Of a DNA stretch of 64,000 nucleotides, positions 27,201 to 40,551 are shown piece by piece. Source of the DNA: Thalia democratica (taxonomy: Eukaryota); contig OZ241833.1 in the NCBI GenBank assembly GCA_965202585.1, positions 24,614,001 through 24,678,000 of the forward strand, read 5' to 3'. Made by a program: the position numbers and the translations under genes. The notes beneath the pieces are model-generated. The model was not told the origin of the DNA. It saw only the letters and a list, made by a program, of their open reading frames with translations, and did no database searches. The stretch's first letter is position 1. Each line of letters begins with the position of its first letter.

Positions 27201-28429
27201 TGTATAGGACTGCTTAAAGAGTTTAATTGTTTCCAAGTTTGTCCTTTCCGCGATGTGAAGCTGAGTTATGGCTTTTGTTTTGCTAATTTTTGAAAGTTTA
27301 ATAAAGTTTAGTATAAGTTTAAAAAAAATTCAATCAGATTATTAGTTAGTATACAAACTAATTTAATTTGAAAGGGCACAAAAATTATACAATTTATTTT
27401 CAAATTCCTTTTGTTTTGTAGCTTTAAATTATTTGAACCCTATTTTTAGTTTAATGTTTATTCTTAAACTGTATATTTATACCAAAGAAAACCAGAAAAG
27501 TATTATTTAATAGACACTAAATGATCTTTTTAATAATGCATTTTATTCAATTTGTAAAAGGCCATCACTTTCTTAGACTAGTTTGATTATTCTCTAATTT
27601 CTAGGCTAATCTGATTTATTAAATTAGCTAATTCCTAATTTTTACAGTATTGATGTGATTTAACATTCCCTATTGAAAACATTCCAATTGAATTTTTCTT
27701 TTTAAATGTAATATAATAAGCTCTCGCGAATCCACATTGAGTTCACAGCAAAAGTGCGTAATTAAACGAGATAACGTAACTAAAGAGAGGTTTTTTGTTG
27801 CTTTCGTAGATTTGTAGAGGTTTTTCAGTATTTTTTGAGAATTCTAAATGCTTAACTAAACGAGAACGTAGATTTGCAAGAAACTACTGTTCTCTGTTAT
27901 CAAATTAATGTTCAAAGTTTATCCTTTACACAAAGTTTAATAACTTCTATAAATTTTAATTTTTGTTCAGTTTACAACGTAATAAATAAAACTAAATACA
28001 AAAATACTGAATTTAAATTAACTTATATGTCATTAAAGTTGTGTAATCACACAAGACGTTTAACTCCTAGAAAAAGAATGAACATAAAATAAAGTTCTGT
28101 AACATTATTTTAATTAGTTTTTAACCAATATCTTAAACGTACAGTTCTTAATTGAACATAATAATATCATAAATCGCCCAGTTTAAAACTAAGTTTTAAA
28201 TACAATTTAAGAGAAAAGTTCTTGTTTTAACTTGAAAAGCAATTATTTTATTTACTTTTTTGTGATAAGCTTCTTTAAATATGAAGACTTTACTAGACTA
28301 ATATGTTTAAGCGCAACTAACACATAATAATTAACATTTTTATTGTTTTTTTCAGACTTTAAGTTAAAAATACTGCTTATATTTAATTTTTTAAACATTT
28401 TAAAGTTAAAACATACATTTTTTAATCAA

Positions 28430-31400
28430 ATGGCTGCACAAGAAAAAGTAGCTGAAATTTCTGACGATTCGTCGGAGGACGAGTTCAATGAAAACGAAAA
28501 CAACAACAACTCTTCACCGGAACTTTTGCTGGAAAAGAAGGGAATTTTGAGCAAGTGGACGAACTACATACACGGGTGGCAGGTAGCTTGTTTCACTCGA
28601 ATTTTTTTCAGTTTACAACTGAAGCTTTTTGTGTGTTTAAAGTAATAATAAAAGTTGGTATATGTTTTAAGATTGAGAAAAAGCTAGCTGTGTTTTATAG
28701 TTTTGTTAACAACTGAAATATGATGTATAAGCTTTAAGATAGAAAATATTATGTCACTTTAGGCTTGGTCAGTACTTGTTTTATTGGTTCACAGGACAGA
28801 TACGTGTGCTGCACGAATGGGACGCTGTGCTACTACAGGAACGAAGATGAGAGCGAGTACGGTTGCCGCGGAACCATATCCCTGTCCAAAGCGATCGTAC
28901 ACAAGCACGAGTTTGACCCTTGCAGGTTGGTTACTTTTGTTAACTTACTCTGTCATAAAGTGTTTTCAATGTGTAAATAAACACGGTTTACAGCAATTCA
29001 AGATAGTAAGCGTGTACTGTAACAATGGTTTCATATACTAGATCATAGTAGTACTTAAACAATGTTGAAAATTAGTGAATTTTTTCAATATGTAATATAC
29101 TGTTGTTGTTAATCAGTTTTAAAAAGTATTAGTTAATTAGTTTTTGAATCATTTTAATTTGATAAACAGTTTTACTACTATGAAATATTTGTTAAAAAAA
29201 AACTAAGCTCTTTAGAGGATTAAAGTTTCTTAAGTTTACTGTGTTTAAAACTTTTATAAACTAAAGTATTTTTTCAGTTTAAAAAAGCAGTACGTTTATT
29301 TTGACGTCGTATTAGTAATAAAAGTATTTATTTTTTGTAAGAGTTTGTATAAATTAAATAAAAGATACAAAGTTTTTTTTTTTTTTTAATCGATAAAAAA
29401 AAGTATATAAAATATGATTGAAGTGTAAAAGTTTTGATAAATTGTATAATTAGTACAAAGTAGTAAATAGTTATAATATAGAGTTCAATGTAGAAAGTAA
29501 TAGAAGCTTGTTAAACCGTTTAAAATTAATTGTTAAATTGTATACAATAAATGTTATGATTTAAAAAATAATATCTTGGTTATGTTTAACTACGCTGATG
29601 AATTTTTGCTGAAGTTTAAATTTTAAAGTATATTTATCTTTTTTTGATCGAAGTAAAACAAATAGCTAATTTATATATTAAAAGAGATTTTTTTTTACTG
29701 TCTAATTAACCACCTACTTGTAATTAATATTATTTCTTAGCTTTACTCTTTCTTTATCAATATAAGGTTTTGAACTTCTTATTATAATTTTTTATAAAAT
29801 CAATAAAGTTTATTTTTATAAAGAGCTGTATAATTAATTGTGTTACATTAAAAGTTTTTAATTTTTTTTAAGAGACTTATTATAAAAACAATATCAAGTA
29901 TTTTTTTAACGTTTTTTGTTTCTTAGTTTACTGCACCTCAGTAAGCTTCATTCATTTGGGATTTAAAAATACGCATACCTTTATTTATTTTGAGTTGTTT
30001 ACTTGTTTATTTACAGATTGACACCGTTTCGTAATTAAAAACAGCTCTTTTTTACGTATAAAATTGGGTTTGTCTAATGATTAAGTTCATTATATCCATT
30101 TTTTGTAAGATAAAACAAAAGTTAGCTTTAATTTTCTTTTAAATTAATTACAATAGTTTTAGTTTAAAAATAGTCTTATGATTCTTTGTATTTTCTATCA
30201 AAAAACTCAAATAAATTTTAAACTATTCTAAACAACAATTTAATAAAAACAATCATATAAAATATTTCATAACTTGTATAAGTTTGTTGTTATCTCTCGT
30301 TAAAGTTAAATTTACTGTAACAAATATTTATTGTATGTGAAAAACTTAAAAAAATAAATTACAAATTTCTCTATGCTCTTAAGGTTTGGTTACGTATATA
30401 ACAAGGAAATTAAACATGACAGATACTTACAATTAATTTTATGTACTTAAAAGAAAAGGTTACCTTATAAAAATTATGTTAATAAAAGTACACTACTTTC
30501 GTACCATAAAAAGCCAATACTATTCTTAGTACTTAGAATCATGTAAGAGTTATCTATTTTTTAGTTGCTTTTTGCGTTTTTTTAATAAATAAGATAAAAA
30601 TATATCACTTTAAAACTTATATAAGTTTAAAAAACTCTTCACAAAGTTTTATTCTTAGTATAATAAATTTTAAGTAGTTTTTGAAACATATAAAAGCAGT
30701 TTTCAATTAGTTAAAGTTTACTTTAATATTTTGAACTGTTACAAGGTTGAAATGAAACCTGTAAGTTACGAAATTAAAAAAGAAAAGAGGAAAAACCAGG
30801 AATTTCAAACTTTTATTTTACATGTAAAGTAATTTCGAGATTTGGTTTAAATACAAACAGTCTATCGTAAGGTAGAAATATTTTTGTAATATTTGAGTTT
30901 GTTTTTAAATCTTATTTAAGCAGCTTTACAGTATCTTTTCAATATTGTTATATTGGTGTATTAAAAACAGATTTTTTAACTTAAGTTTAGTTTTATCTTA
31001 GAAATGGACCAAAAAACTTGTTTTTTAAAGTTCCGGAAGAAGTTCAAAAAACCTGTTAGAAATTTACAAAAAAAAAAATAGCAGCTATGTTGTTACCACT
31101 TATAATTACTTCCCTCACTTGCAACATTTTCCTTTAGACTAAATAGAATAAGTAATTGATTCATATCTCTGTTTTGAAATAATATTTGAACAAAAATTTA
31201 GAAGAAAATATAAAATACTTGAAGAACTATTGAATATTTAAATCTAGCGCAAGAGATTTAAAACATTTAATTTTAACTTATATAATAAATTTATACTTGA
31301 ACAATATTAGAAAATAAACATATAAATAAACATTATAGATAACCAACATTGTTATTTGCAGTTCACCATTTTATTTTACTTGAAGAGGTCGCAATTTTTT

Positions 31401-34400
31401 GTCACCGAAACCGGGTTGTAAATAAAATATTTAATTTGCACACCTCTATTGAAAATAAACATACAAGAAACACAGTTCTTATACAACTCTACCAGTAGTT
31501 CCTTCACACACAATAGTAAATAAGATGTAAAAATAATATTGAGTTAAAGTTATAGTTGAGTGAAATAAAACTTCACTTCCATTTATCAGAGTTGCCAAAA
31601 AACCTGGAATCCTGGAAAAACCCGGAGTTTGACAATTAACCTGGAATTAGAGAAATTTTGAAAAAAACCTGGAATTTTGAACAGAAATCTCTAAAAAACC
31701 TGGAACTTTGAACTAAAATCACTAAAATACCTGAAAAAACATGGAATTTTAAACAATTTTTACATGTTAGAAAGTAAAATTTTAACTTGACCTGAAAAAT
31801 CTACCATATAAATAAAAAAAAATTTGTCATCATCAATTTTTTTTTAATCAAAAATACATTTAATGTATATTAATAGTATTTTTTTCATTATTGTTATCCT
31901 AATTAACAAAAATTTTAAGCAATATAATACGACGTAATAAACTAGTGTAAATTTAGGATTTAAGAATTAGCTAAATGTAAAGCAAACAAAACACTAGTGT
32001 ACAAAGTAAAAATCAAAGCGTAATATAATCTCCTTTAAAGTGAGACAACATTGTTCGTTGTGTACTAAAAAACAATAGAATCAATTTAAAACAACACTCT
32101 TTATTTATCTAACATAATTCTCAGATTCGATATGGGGATCATAGAAACAAAGTTCATATAAACAATATACGTGCTAATTTGCTATTTTCTTTATGACCAG
32201 TTAAGGTGAGAAAAAATCTGAACTTGTCAAACAGTTCTCAAGATAGCCAACTCTAACAGCGATGCTCACGTGATAATTTAAACTCATTCCTGCTTGAAAA
32301 AAAAACTCAGATGTTGCTCGTTTGTCATCAGAAATGATTTCCAGGTTCGACGTGGCGATCAACGACAGCGTGTGGTACCTGCGAGCCGCCTCCGAGGACG
32401 AGCGCAACCACTGGTGCGAGATCATAGAGGAGAACAAGTCCAAGAGCGGGGAGACCGCCTCGATCAAGCTGCGGCGGCAGGGCTCGCTGATGTCCGTCAA
32501 CAGCAACACGGTGTCCGTCAACTCGTCCGGGTCGGGGCTGCTGAACAGGCAGACCACCCGCATGCTCAAGGAGAAGTTGGCCGAGCTGGACACTTTCAAG
32601 GACATTTTGAACAGCAAGATCGAGAGTTTGCAGAGGTTTGTTTCGGATATTTTAGAGAATAAAGTAAGTTTTGCTGATGTAATATTTTTTGAGTTTTTGG
32701 AAAATGATTTTGTTTTGATTTTTTTACCGAAATTAGATAAAGATGTAAATATTCTTTTATAAACTCAAAAAGTTTTTATACCATCTTATTAAAAGATGTA
32801 CAACAGAAACTATGTTAACGATAGTGAGTTATATTTTTCTTTAAATTGTTATTTTTATCTTTTTTATTTTACTTTCAGAATCTTTGTTAATTAAACCTTC
32901 TAGTAAAATTTTAGTTTTTTTCAAAATGTCTTTGAGATATTTTCATTCTAAATAGTGAATTGTCATGTAAACTTTATAAAAGAGTAATGTGACGATTTTT
33001 TTTCTGTCTTTAAAAGTTCTTTAACGTCTTTTAGTCTATTAGCTAACAGTTTTTAAAGTATACTTATTTTTAGCTTTTTACAATATATGTCAAGATTATT
33101 AATAATTTAAATCTTAAGTTTAAACAGTCACTGTGTTCTTTAAACTAAGTTTTTTTTAGTAAAAGTATAATAAAAACTGACATAAAATTATTATTAGATA
33201 CAATAACTTATATAATAAATATATATTTTTTTATATTACTATTTTCATACCTAATATTAAACATAATGCACATGAATAGTCATCTAACCGATTTTAAGTC
33301 GAACAAAAGTTTAAAACTTTTGTCAGACTTAACTTGTTTTACTTAATCATACAAAAGTTCATTTTTACGATAAGTTTTCAAGTCTTGTTAGCTTTATTTG
33401 TTTTTCAGCTATTAAATATAAAAATATAATAATTTATTCAACTGTAAGAAATAATTATATAAAGCTTTATTTGTCATGACTAAATTCTTGTGCTAATTTA
33501 ATTTTTATTCTAGTTCAAAGTTTAATGTTTGGATGATGTTTTTGTAAAAACTTGATTTTATTCCTTGTTAAAAACTTCCTTGTTAAAAAACATTAATTAA
33601 TATCAAAGTCAGAAACAAATACAAAACTTAATAAATACTAATTAAACTCGCTAAATACTAATTGTGTTTTATGTTTCTGATAAAGTTCTATTTCTTACTG
33701 ATTTGTTTCCCATGAACCATTTGCTAATATTTATGGTATTATTTCAAATGATCATAGATTTTCAGAAAATTTCAAATTTCCTTTTTTTCCATTTTAGCCT
33801 GACTTCCTTATGGCATTTCTTTCTTATTATTAATTTAAAAACTTTTTTTTTTATGTCCAATAGAAGTTTTCTTCGACTTTTAAACAAAGTTAAAGTAAAA
33901 ATGTATTGGGGCTTATTTTTAATGCAAAGGCCCTTCGAAAAAAAGGTCATTTTAGCTTTATTTTTGTTTTTTTCAAAAAAAATAACAAAAAAAATTAAAA
34001 TTTGTTTCTTTAGATTGAATTTTTTATATTATATCTAGGTTCTTTTTTTTTCAAATTTAAATTAAAGATCTAGACAAAAATATTTTTTTTTTTGGCAGCA
34101 CTTATAACAACACTATTTGTTTGCCGAATTATGACTCAAATATTTTATTTGTTTTTTAAATCTTACTATTTAAGGTTTGATTATAAAGTTCTATGTTTTT
34201 TTTTTCTTAGTTTGATGTAGTTTGTTAAATACGTCCCTTAAAAATTTAGCTTTTATATGTGTATATCACTTTTTTCATCCATATTTCTAAAACATTTTTG
34301 CATGTAAAGTAGATTAATTATTTAGAACTAAGTGACATACCAGGGACTAAATACAATAAAATAGTGTTAAAATTTAGTCATTAAGAATAATAATAATAAT

Positions 34401-37400
34401 AATAATAGTTTTCTTTAATAATATTAATATTAAATTTATTTAAACAAAAGCAACATCGTTTCTCCTTACAGGGGTCTTCAGGACTGCAAAATAAAAAATA
34501 AGTAGATGATAACTTAATAAATAGTGCAAACTAATTAATATAATCAAATCTATAAAATTTGAAAAAATCTTTACGTAAGTTTAACATTGTTAAGGTGAAC
34601 AGAAAATAATTAAAATAACAAAAATAAAGTTTTTAAATAGCAATATTTATACTTACAAGCGTTGATATGTTTTATACATTTTAAGATATAGCTTATAACA
34701 ACACAAATCAAAAATGGCTTTTAACAAATAGACCTGCAACTTGGAAAAAAATTGAAATATCACTTGCTGACAAAAAACAAAATTAAATAAAAGACAAGAG
34801 CTTTTTTACACCTGTCCGCACTTTAGAAAATTCTACTTTAAAACTTAGCGTATTTATAGCTGTTAATTTAGTTTTTGCTTGTTAATTTTTAAGGTACCTT
34901 TGTTTGTTAAAAGCCATTTTTGATTTGTGATTAACTATATCTTAAACTGTATAAGACATTTCAACGCTTGTAAGTATAAATATTGCTATTTAAAAACTTT
35001 ATTTTTGTTAATTTAATTATTTTCTGTTCACCTTAACAATGTTAAACTTACGTAATGATTTTTTTTAACTTTATAGATTTGATTATATTAATTATTTTGC
35101 ACTATTTATTAAGTTATCCATCGTCTTAGTTTTTATTTTGCAGGCCTGAAGATTCCTGTAAGGAAACGATGTTGAATTTGTTTAAATAAATTTAACATTA
35201 TTATTGTCTTCGAAATAAGTTTTGTCGAGACCTTTTGTGCTAAAGAAATACCCTTTACATATACCCATTCTTTCTTCTTATTGTTATTAGTTTTTTTTTT
35301 TTTCATATGTTATTTTCTTTCCTTTTATTATTATTATTGTTATTGCTCTTATATATATGTATATTATTTAAATATTATTCTTTTATTTATTATTAATATT
35401 TTAAGTCATTAATTGTTTTAAAAAAATATATATAATTGTTAATATAGTAATATAATTAATAACGAAATAAAAATTAATGATAGTAATAAAAATAATAATA
35501 ACATCAATATCAAAAATAAATGTAATGAAGTATATCAACAATATTCTTAAAAGTTATAAAAAGAAGAAAAATGATAAAAATATCGATATCAACAAAAAGA
35601 CTAGTGTTATTACTTTTTTTTCATATTATTTTAATTTATATCGATCTTTCACACCTGTTTTTAAAGTCACTTTTAATCAACAATTATCCTTATTCAAATC
35701 CCTCAACAAAGTTTCAAAAAATATGCTAAAGAAATATTTTTTTAACAAGAGCAAGCATTTGTTCCAAGAAACATCAAAAACTTTTTATTTGAAAAAATAT
35801 TATTTTGTTCAGATTTTTCGACCGGTGCGCGGACGTGCACGACGGGGAAGTTTCGTCGAAGGGGGATTCCCTCGAAGACAAGATCGTCGGGTCGACGGTG
35901 GTGGACTTCAGGGGGGAGGCGATCACGTTCAAGGCGACCACCAACGGCACCCTCCAGACGCTGCAGCACTGCATAGAGGTGATGCAGCTGAGAGAGGAGA
36001 AGCTGCTGAAGAAGATCGAGAAGGAGAGGGAGCGCAGGAGGCGGTTTGTGACGTCATAAATTCTGTTTTTAAGCGTCGTGATGAGAGACATAAATTACAA
36101 AGTTATTTTAAAAAGTATTGTTCAATTCGACAGCTTTTTAAGTTTTTCTATCAACTAACACTGTAGTACTGTTTTGTTTTATAAACAAACCTTGATTATC
36201 TATACATATGTTTAGTGTGCCTTTTAAAAGACTTACAAGACTTTATACAAAAAAAAATTGTTCTCTGATATCTCTTAGCATTATTTTACACAAAAACACC
36301 ACCAGGCTGATAGAGAAGCACGAGTCGGAGCTGCGTCAGGCGCGCCGGCAAGTTTCGCTGATGGGGAGTCCCGACTTGGAGGAGGGGCCGAACAGCGAGA
36401 TGACGGAGGAGATGTTCTACGAGTGCCTGGAGGCGTACCACGACAAGCAGGACCGCGTGGACGAGGACATGCGGGTGAGCAAGAACCTGCAGAAGAAGGC
36501 CGTCACCGAGAAGCCCAAGGTTGTGACGTCATAATTGTTTTTGAGCGTTTGACGGCTGTTTGCGAATAAACTTCGGAACATGTTTTTTATGCTTATTGTT
36601 TTTAATTTATATTTGTCTTATCATTTTGCTATATTTATACTATTTTGTTTTAGAATGTATAAGCTTAGAATTTTGTAAATAAAAGTATGTCTATAGTGTT
36701 CTTCCCTTTTGAATAGGTTGTAGTTATTTCTATTATTTACTTTTTATCCAGCTCGGATACTCACAGATATTTTTTTTTGAAAATATAGCGAAACTTTGTA
36801 AATTGATATTGTAAGAGTTTTTTCATAAAAAACGCCTAATTTTCTCACTTTTAGAATGTCTCGTCGGAAATTTTTCTTCCAATAAAACTGATTTTAACAT
36901 TTTGCCCAATTATCATTAAGCTCGGAGGTAATTTACATATCGATTAACCATTTTTATAAATTTCACAGTCTTTGAACTAGATTAGTTGTTTTGTCAACTT
37001 ATAAGAAAGTAGAACAAACATTAGTACTTCATATACAATTTGTAATCAGTCTAAATTCACAGCAAAGACACAAGCATTCAGACAAGTTGGAGCAGCGAAT
37101 AAAAGCTCACCTCACTGAAAGCATGGCTCTTCCCAACGAAAACGACGAAAATTCGTGGGAACTTTTCGCTGAAGAAGGTGAACTCAAGGTAAGATACTTT
37201 TCTTTTTTTAATGTTTATCATTGTTCTGCAAAAACAAATATGAAGTGCTTGTTTCAGTTTTTTAATGTACTTTTAGTGCATAAATTTTCAGTTTCTTTAT
37301 TATTATACAGAAAATATGTTTAATTCTAAACAGTAAGGCTATCAACATACACTTTTCGCTAAAACCAAAATTAAAACACAAATGATTACTACAATGTCTA

Positions 37401-38595
37401 CAAGAATAACAAACACTAATCTTAGTATTTCTGGGTATTTGTTTATAGAAATTTCACCAGCCAAATTTCTTTTGTTTTTCAAAGGTGTACCGAAGAGAGC
37501 TGGTCATCGACGACCGGATATGCGACCCGCTGAAGGCAATCCACAGCATCGGACTGGTCACCGCCAGGGAAATGTGCCACTACTTCTGGGACACCTCCTA
37601 CCGGCTGGAGTGGGAAGGCACCATCGACAGTTTCAGGTGACAGTTGTAAATTTTAACCAAAATGGTGAAAATATACCTATTGAGCTGAAGAAGAATCTTA
37701 ATTTTAATGATAAAGTCTGAATTTAATTTTAGTTTTTTAAAGAAATTTCAGACAAGTCTGCTAAAAAAATGATTTCAATTCCAATTTTTTTTGAAAATAT
37801 TTAATTCTTTTAGGGTAATTACAGTAATTAAGTTTTTTTAAACCAACTGCAGGGTGATAGAGGCGCCGGCGGAACTGACCACCATAATATACCAGACCCA
37901 CAAGCGGGTGTGGCCCTCCGCCCAGCGCGACTGCTTGTACGTGTCCAACATGCTCAAAGTTGAGGACCAGCCGATGCCAAAGGACGGCAGGAAGCCCCAC
38001 GACACCTGGATGGTCTGCAACTTCAGTGTGGACCACGAAAAGGTTGGAAAATTTGTTGGATTATAACGGTTTTGCTTTTTTTCGTAGTTTTTAGGTTTGT
38101 TAATCTTTATTTTCACTTTACCAAATTGAATTTACTAAAATTTGATCAGTACTAATATTTATTTTTTTAAGCTATTACTTGTACTATATATTTTTCTCAC
38201 AACTTGCGTCTATTCATATGTATCGCCTATAAAAATATTTCAATAACATATACTGTTATCAAAAATTATAATGTAACTTCCCGGTTTAAAATAAACCTTA
38301 TCAAAATATTGCAACTAAATATCACCACCAGGCGGAGCCGGTGGGCGGTTGCTGCCGCGCCGAATGCGACATCGCGCTCATCTGCCAGACGTACGTCGCA
38401 GCGCCACCCGACGGAGAGAAGGTGAGCCGGCGGGACCTGAGGTGCGACATCGTGTACGTGGCGGAGGTGAACCCGGGAGGGTGGGCGCCCGCCTCCGTCC
38501 TCCGGACCATCTACAAGCGGGAGTACCCCAAGTTCCTGCGCAAGTTCACCGCCTACGTGCAGGAGAAGACCAAGGACAAGGAGATATGGTTTTAA
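28430..38595 (+). CDS. CERT1: Ceramide transfer protein (PH - middle region/FFAT - START domain), 9 exons, 583 aa
   Basis: Exons: 28430-28582, 28795-28925, 32345-32635, 35813-36043, 36306-36519, 37063-37188, 37485-37636, 37853-38042, 38332-38595 (1752 nt). Motifs: [16 protein letters not shown]; [13 protein letters not shown]; NDSVWYLRA; LRRQGSLMS serine-rich motif; [13 protein letters not shown]; [11 protein letters not shown]; [17 protein letters not shown]; [37 protein letters not shown]. Confidence 0.97.
31587..31800 (+). repeat. hAT-like single end with tandem AAAACCTGGAA subterminal repeats, CERT intron 2
   Basis: Starts cagagttgcca, followed by 6-7 (A)AACC(T/C)GGA copies. No matching right end found. 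Confidence 0.55.
34425..35200. repeat. Long inverted repeat (foldback) in CERT intron 3
   Basis: Arms of about 300 bp (about 34425-34735 and 34900-35200): ttaacattgttaaggtgaacagaaaataatt pairs with aattattttctgttcaccttaacaatgttaa, and tatacttacaagcgttg pairs with caacgcttgtaagtata. Spacer about 165 bp. Confidence 0.9.
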
Positions 38596-40551
38596 AAAAT
38601 TTAAGGAAAATTCCGACTTTTTTTTTCGCGGGTTTTTGTGTAGCAAATTTTTTCCATGCAATTTTGTTTGAGTACGGAAATGACGCTTTCGAAAGCCGAT
38701 TCGTGTTTCGATGATTTGTTTTTGTTGTTTTTACTAAATACTGTATTTTTCAATTTTACGTGTTTCAGTGTTACTACTTTTAATTTGTGTTACTATTTTA
38801 GAATCAAGTTAACGAAACAATCTGCACTTTTGTCTGACGCAATAACAGCAACACTTAATGATATATTAGTTTTATTTATTTTAAATTTGATTACACTTGA
38901 TTCTTACGGCTGGTTCAGATGTATTTATTTACACCACTTTGTTTTTTTATGATATTTATAAAATAAAACTCCTGTTTATTTATAATATTATTAGTTGTTT
39001 CTGGATTTAAGATAGTTCAGAAAAAAAAGTTTAACATTATTGTTTTTATAAATAAATTGTAAAGAAAAAAGTCCACTTATGTACAAACAGTTAAGTTATA
39101 TTTTAGACTAAAATATTAAAAATCTTTTTTATTACTTTAAGATTTTGAAAAGTTAATTATTATAAATTGAAAGTTTTAAAAAGTTTGGCCTCTTAGTTTG
39201 GCCTGCTTAATTCAATTATTTATGATCGAAAAAATATAAAGTTTGCCTCAAATTTTATTACAATTTATTATAAATCATTTAAAAATTTGTTTAGTTTTGT
39301 AAAACTCTCAAACTTGTTTTATAGACTTGACAGTGCTCCGTCATCTTATTAATGTCAGTTTTATCAATATTGAATAAAAGTAAATCTAAAATTCGTAGAC
39401 TCCAGCTGCAAACTTCAATAACGATTATAAATTTGATTCTTCCAAGGAAGAAATGAACCTTTGCATTTTAATAGTATTTTATTCGATAAAGAAGTATTTA
39501 AATACTCCGGGAAATCGTTAATAATAAAGAAAAAACATGACACAAGTCTGTATTTACCGCTGCATTTAAACATTATTTATGTTGTTTGAACTACTAAATT
39601 AACGTCAATTGAAAAATGTAATTTGTAAACTGACTAAGTTATTTTTGTTAACAAACACGTTGGTGTTAAAATCATTACGTAATAATTACTATGCAATTGT
39701 ATTTATATTTTAATTAATTTTTTTATAATATACTCTTAGATTGAAAAGTACTTTTTAACAATTCAAATAATTTTTTCAGGTAATTAAAATATTTAAAAAA
39801 TTGTTTTTTCATAAAAAAGTCGTATTAGATAAAAAGTTTATTTAAGTAAAAAAAAAGTTAAATGCGAAGGTAAACAAAAAGCTAAAAACTACATTTTAGT
39901 AAACTGAAAGTTTTTGGATAGTAGTTGATATCTTCTGAAGCGAATGATTTTATAGAACTGTGTAGCCTCTTGATAACAAAAAAAAAATTCTGCAAAAATA
40001 ATCGGCCAAGTATGAGAAAACAAACGAAGGTTTTATTAACATATACTTTTTACTATGCTAAACTAATATTCAATAAATGTTTTAGTATTGTGTACTAGAA
40101 CATATGTCAGACAAAATTTCAACTTAAGATTTTTAGAATTAACAAAAAACACTTTCAATGAAGATATTTAAAGTTCTTCATTTGCAGCTAATGCAAAATT
40201 AATAAAACAGAGTTAATGGTGAAATGTATTTGGATATTATTCTCTGCATAAAGTACATACTTTTTACAAATCTAAAGATAAAAGTGTATCAATAAACAAA
40301 TCACATCTTTTTTTTTTTGAATATTCATAGTTTGTCGTTTGAGAACTTCTAAGATAAGTAAAACGATGGTGATTAACTATCTAAGAAAACAGTTTAATAT
40401 ATTAATGATATTTCCGCTAAAGTAAACGTTTTTATTCTTTCTGGAGAACGCAATTTTATCTTAAAAAAAAGTTTATTTTCAATTCAACTCATTTTTTATA
40501 TTATTTTAAATTATTATTTTTGGTCGAAAACTTTGAACTTATCTTGTAAAG

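Noticed and set aside
35477-36166. 229-aa ORF and other long ORFs overlapping GC-rich exons in alternative frames or antisense
   Set aside because: These are shadow ORFs caused by high GC3, which gives few stops in other frames. The true CERT, LGR and YJU2 frames explain the sequence.
39330-40000. Further minus-strand exons extending the secreted-protein gene
   Set aside because: Some short open segments have AG/GT ends, but no consistent phase chain or recognisable product was found.
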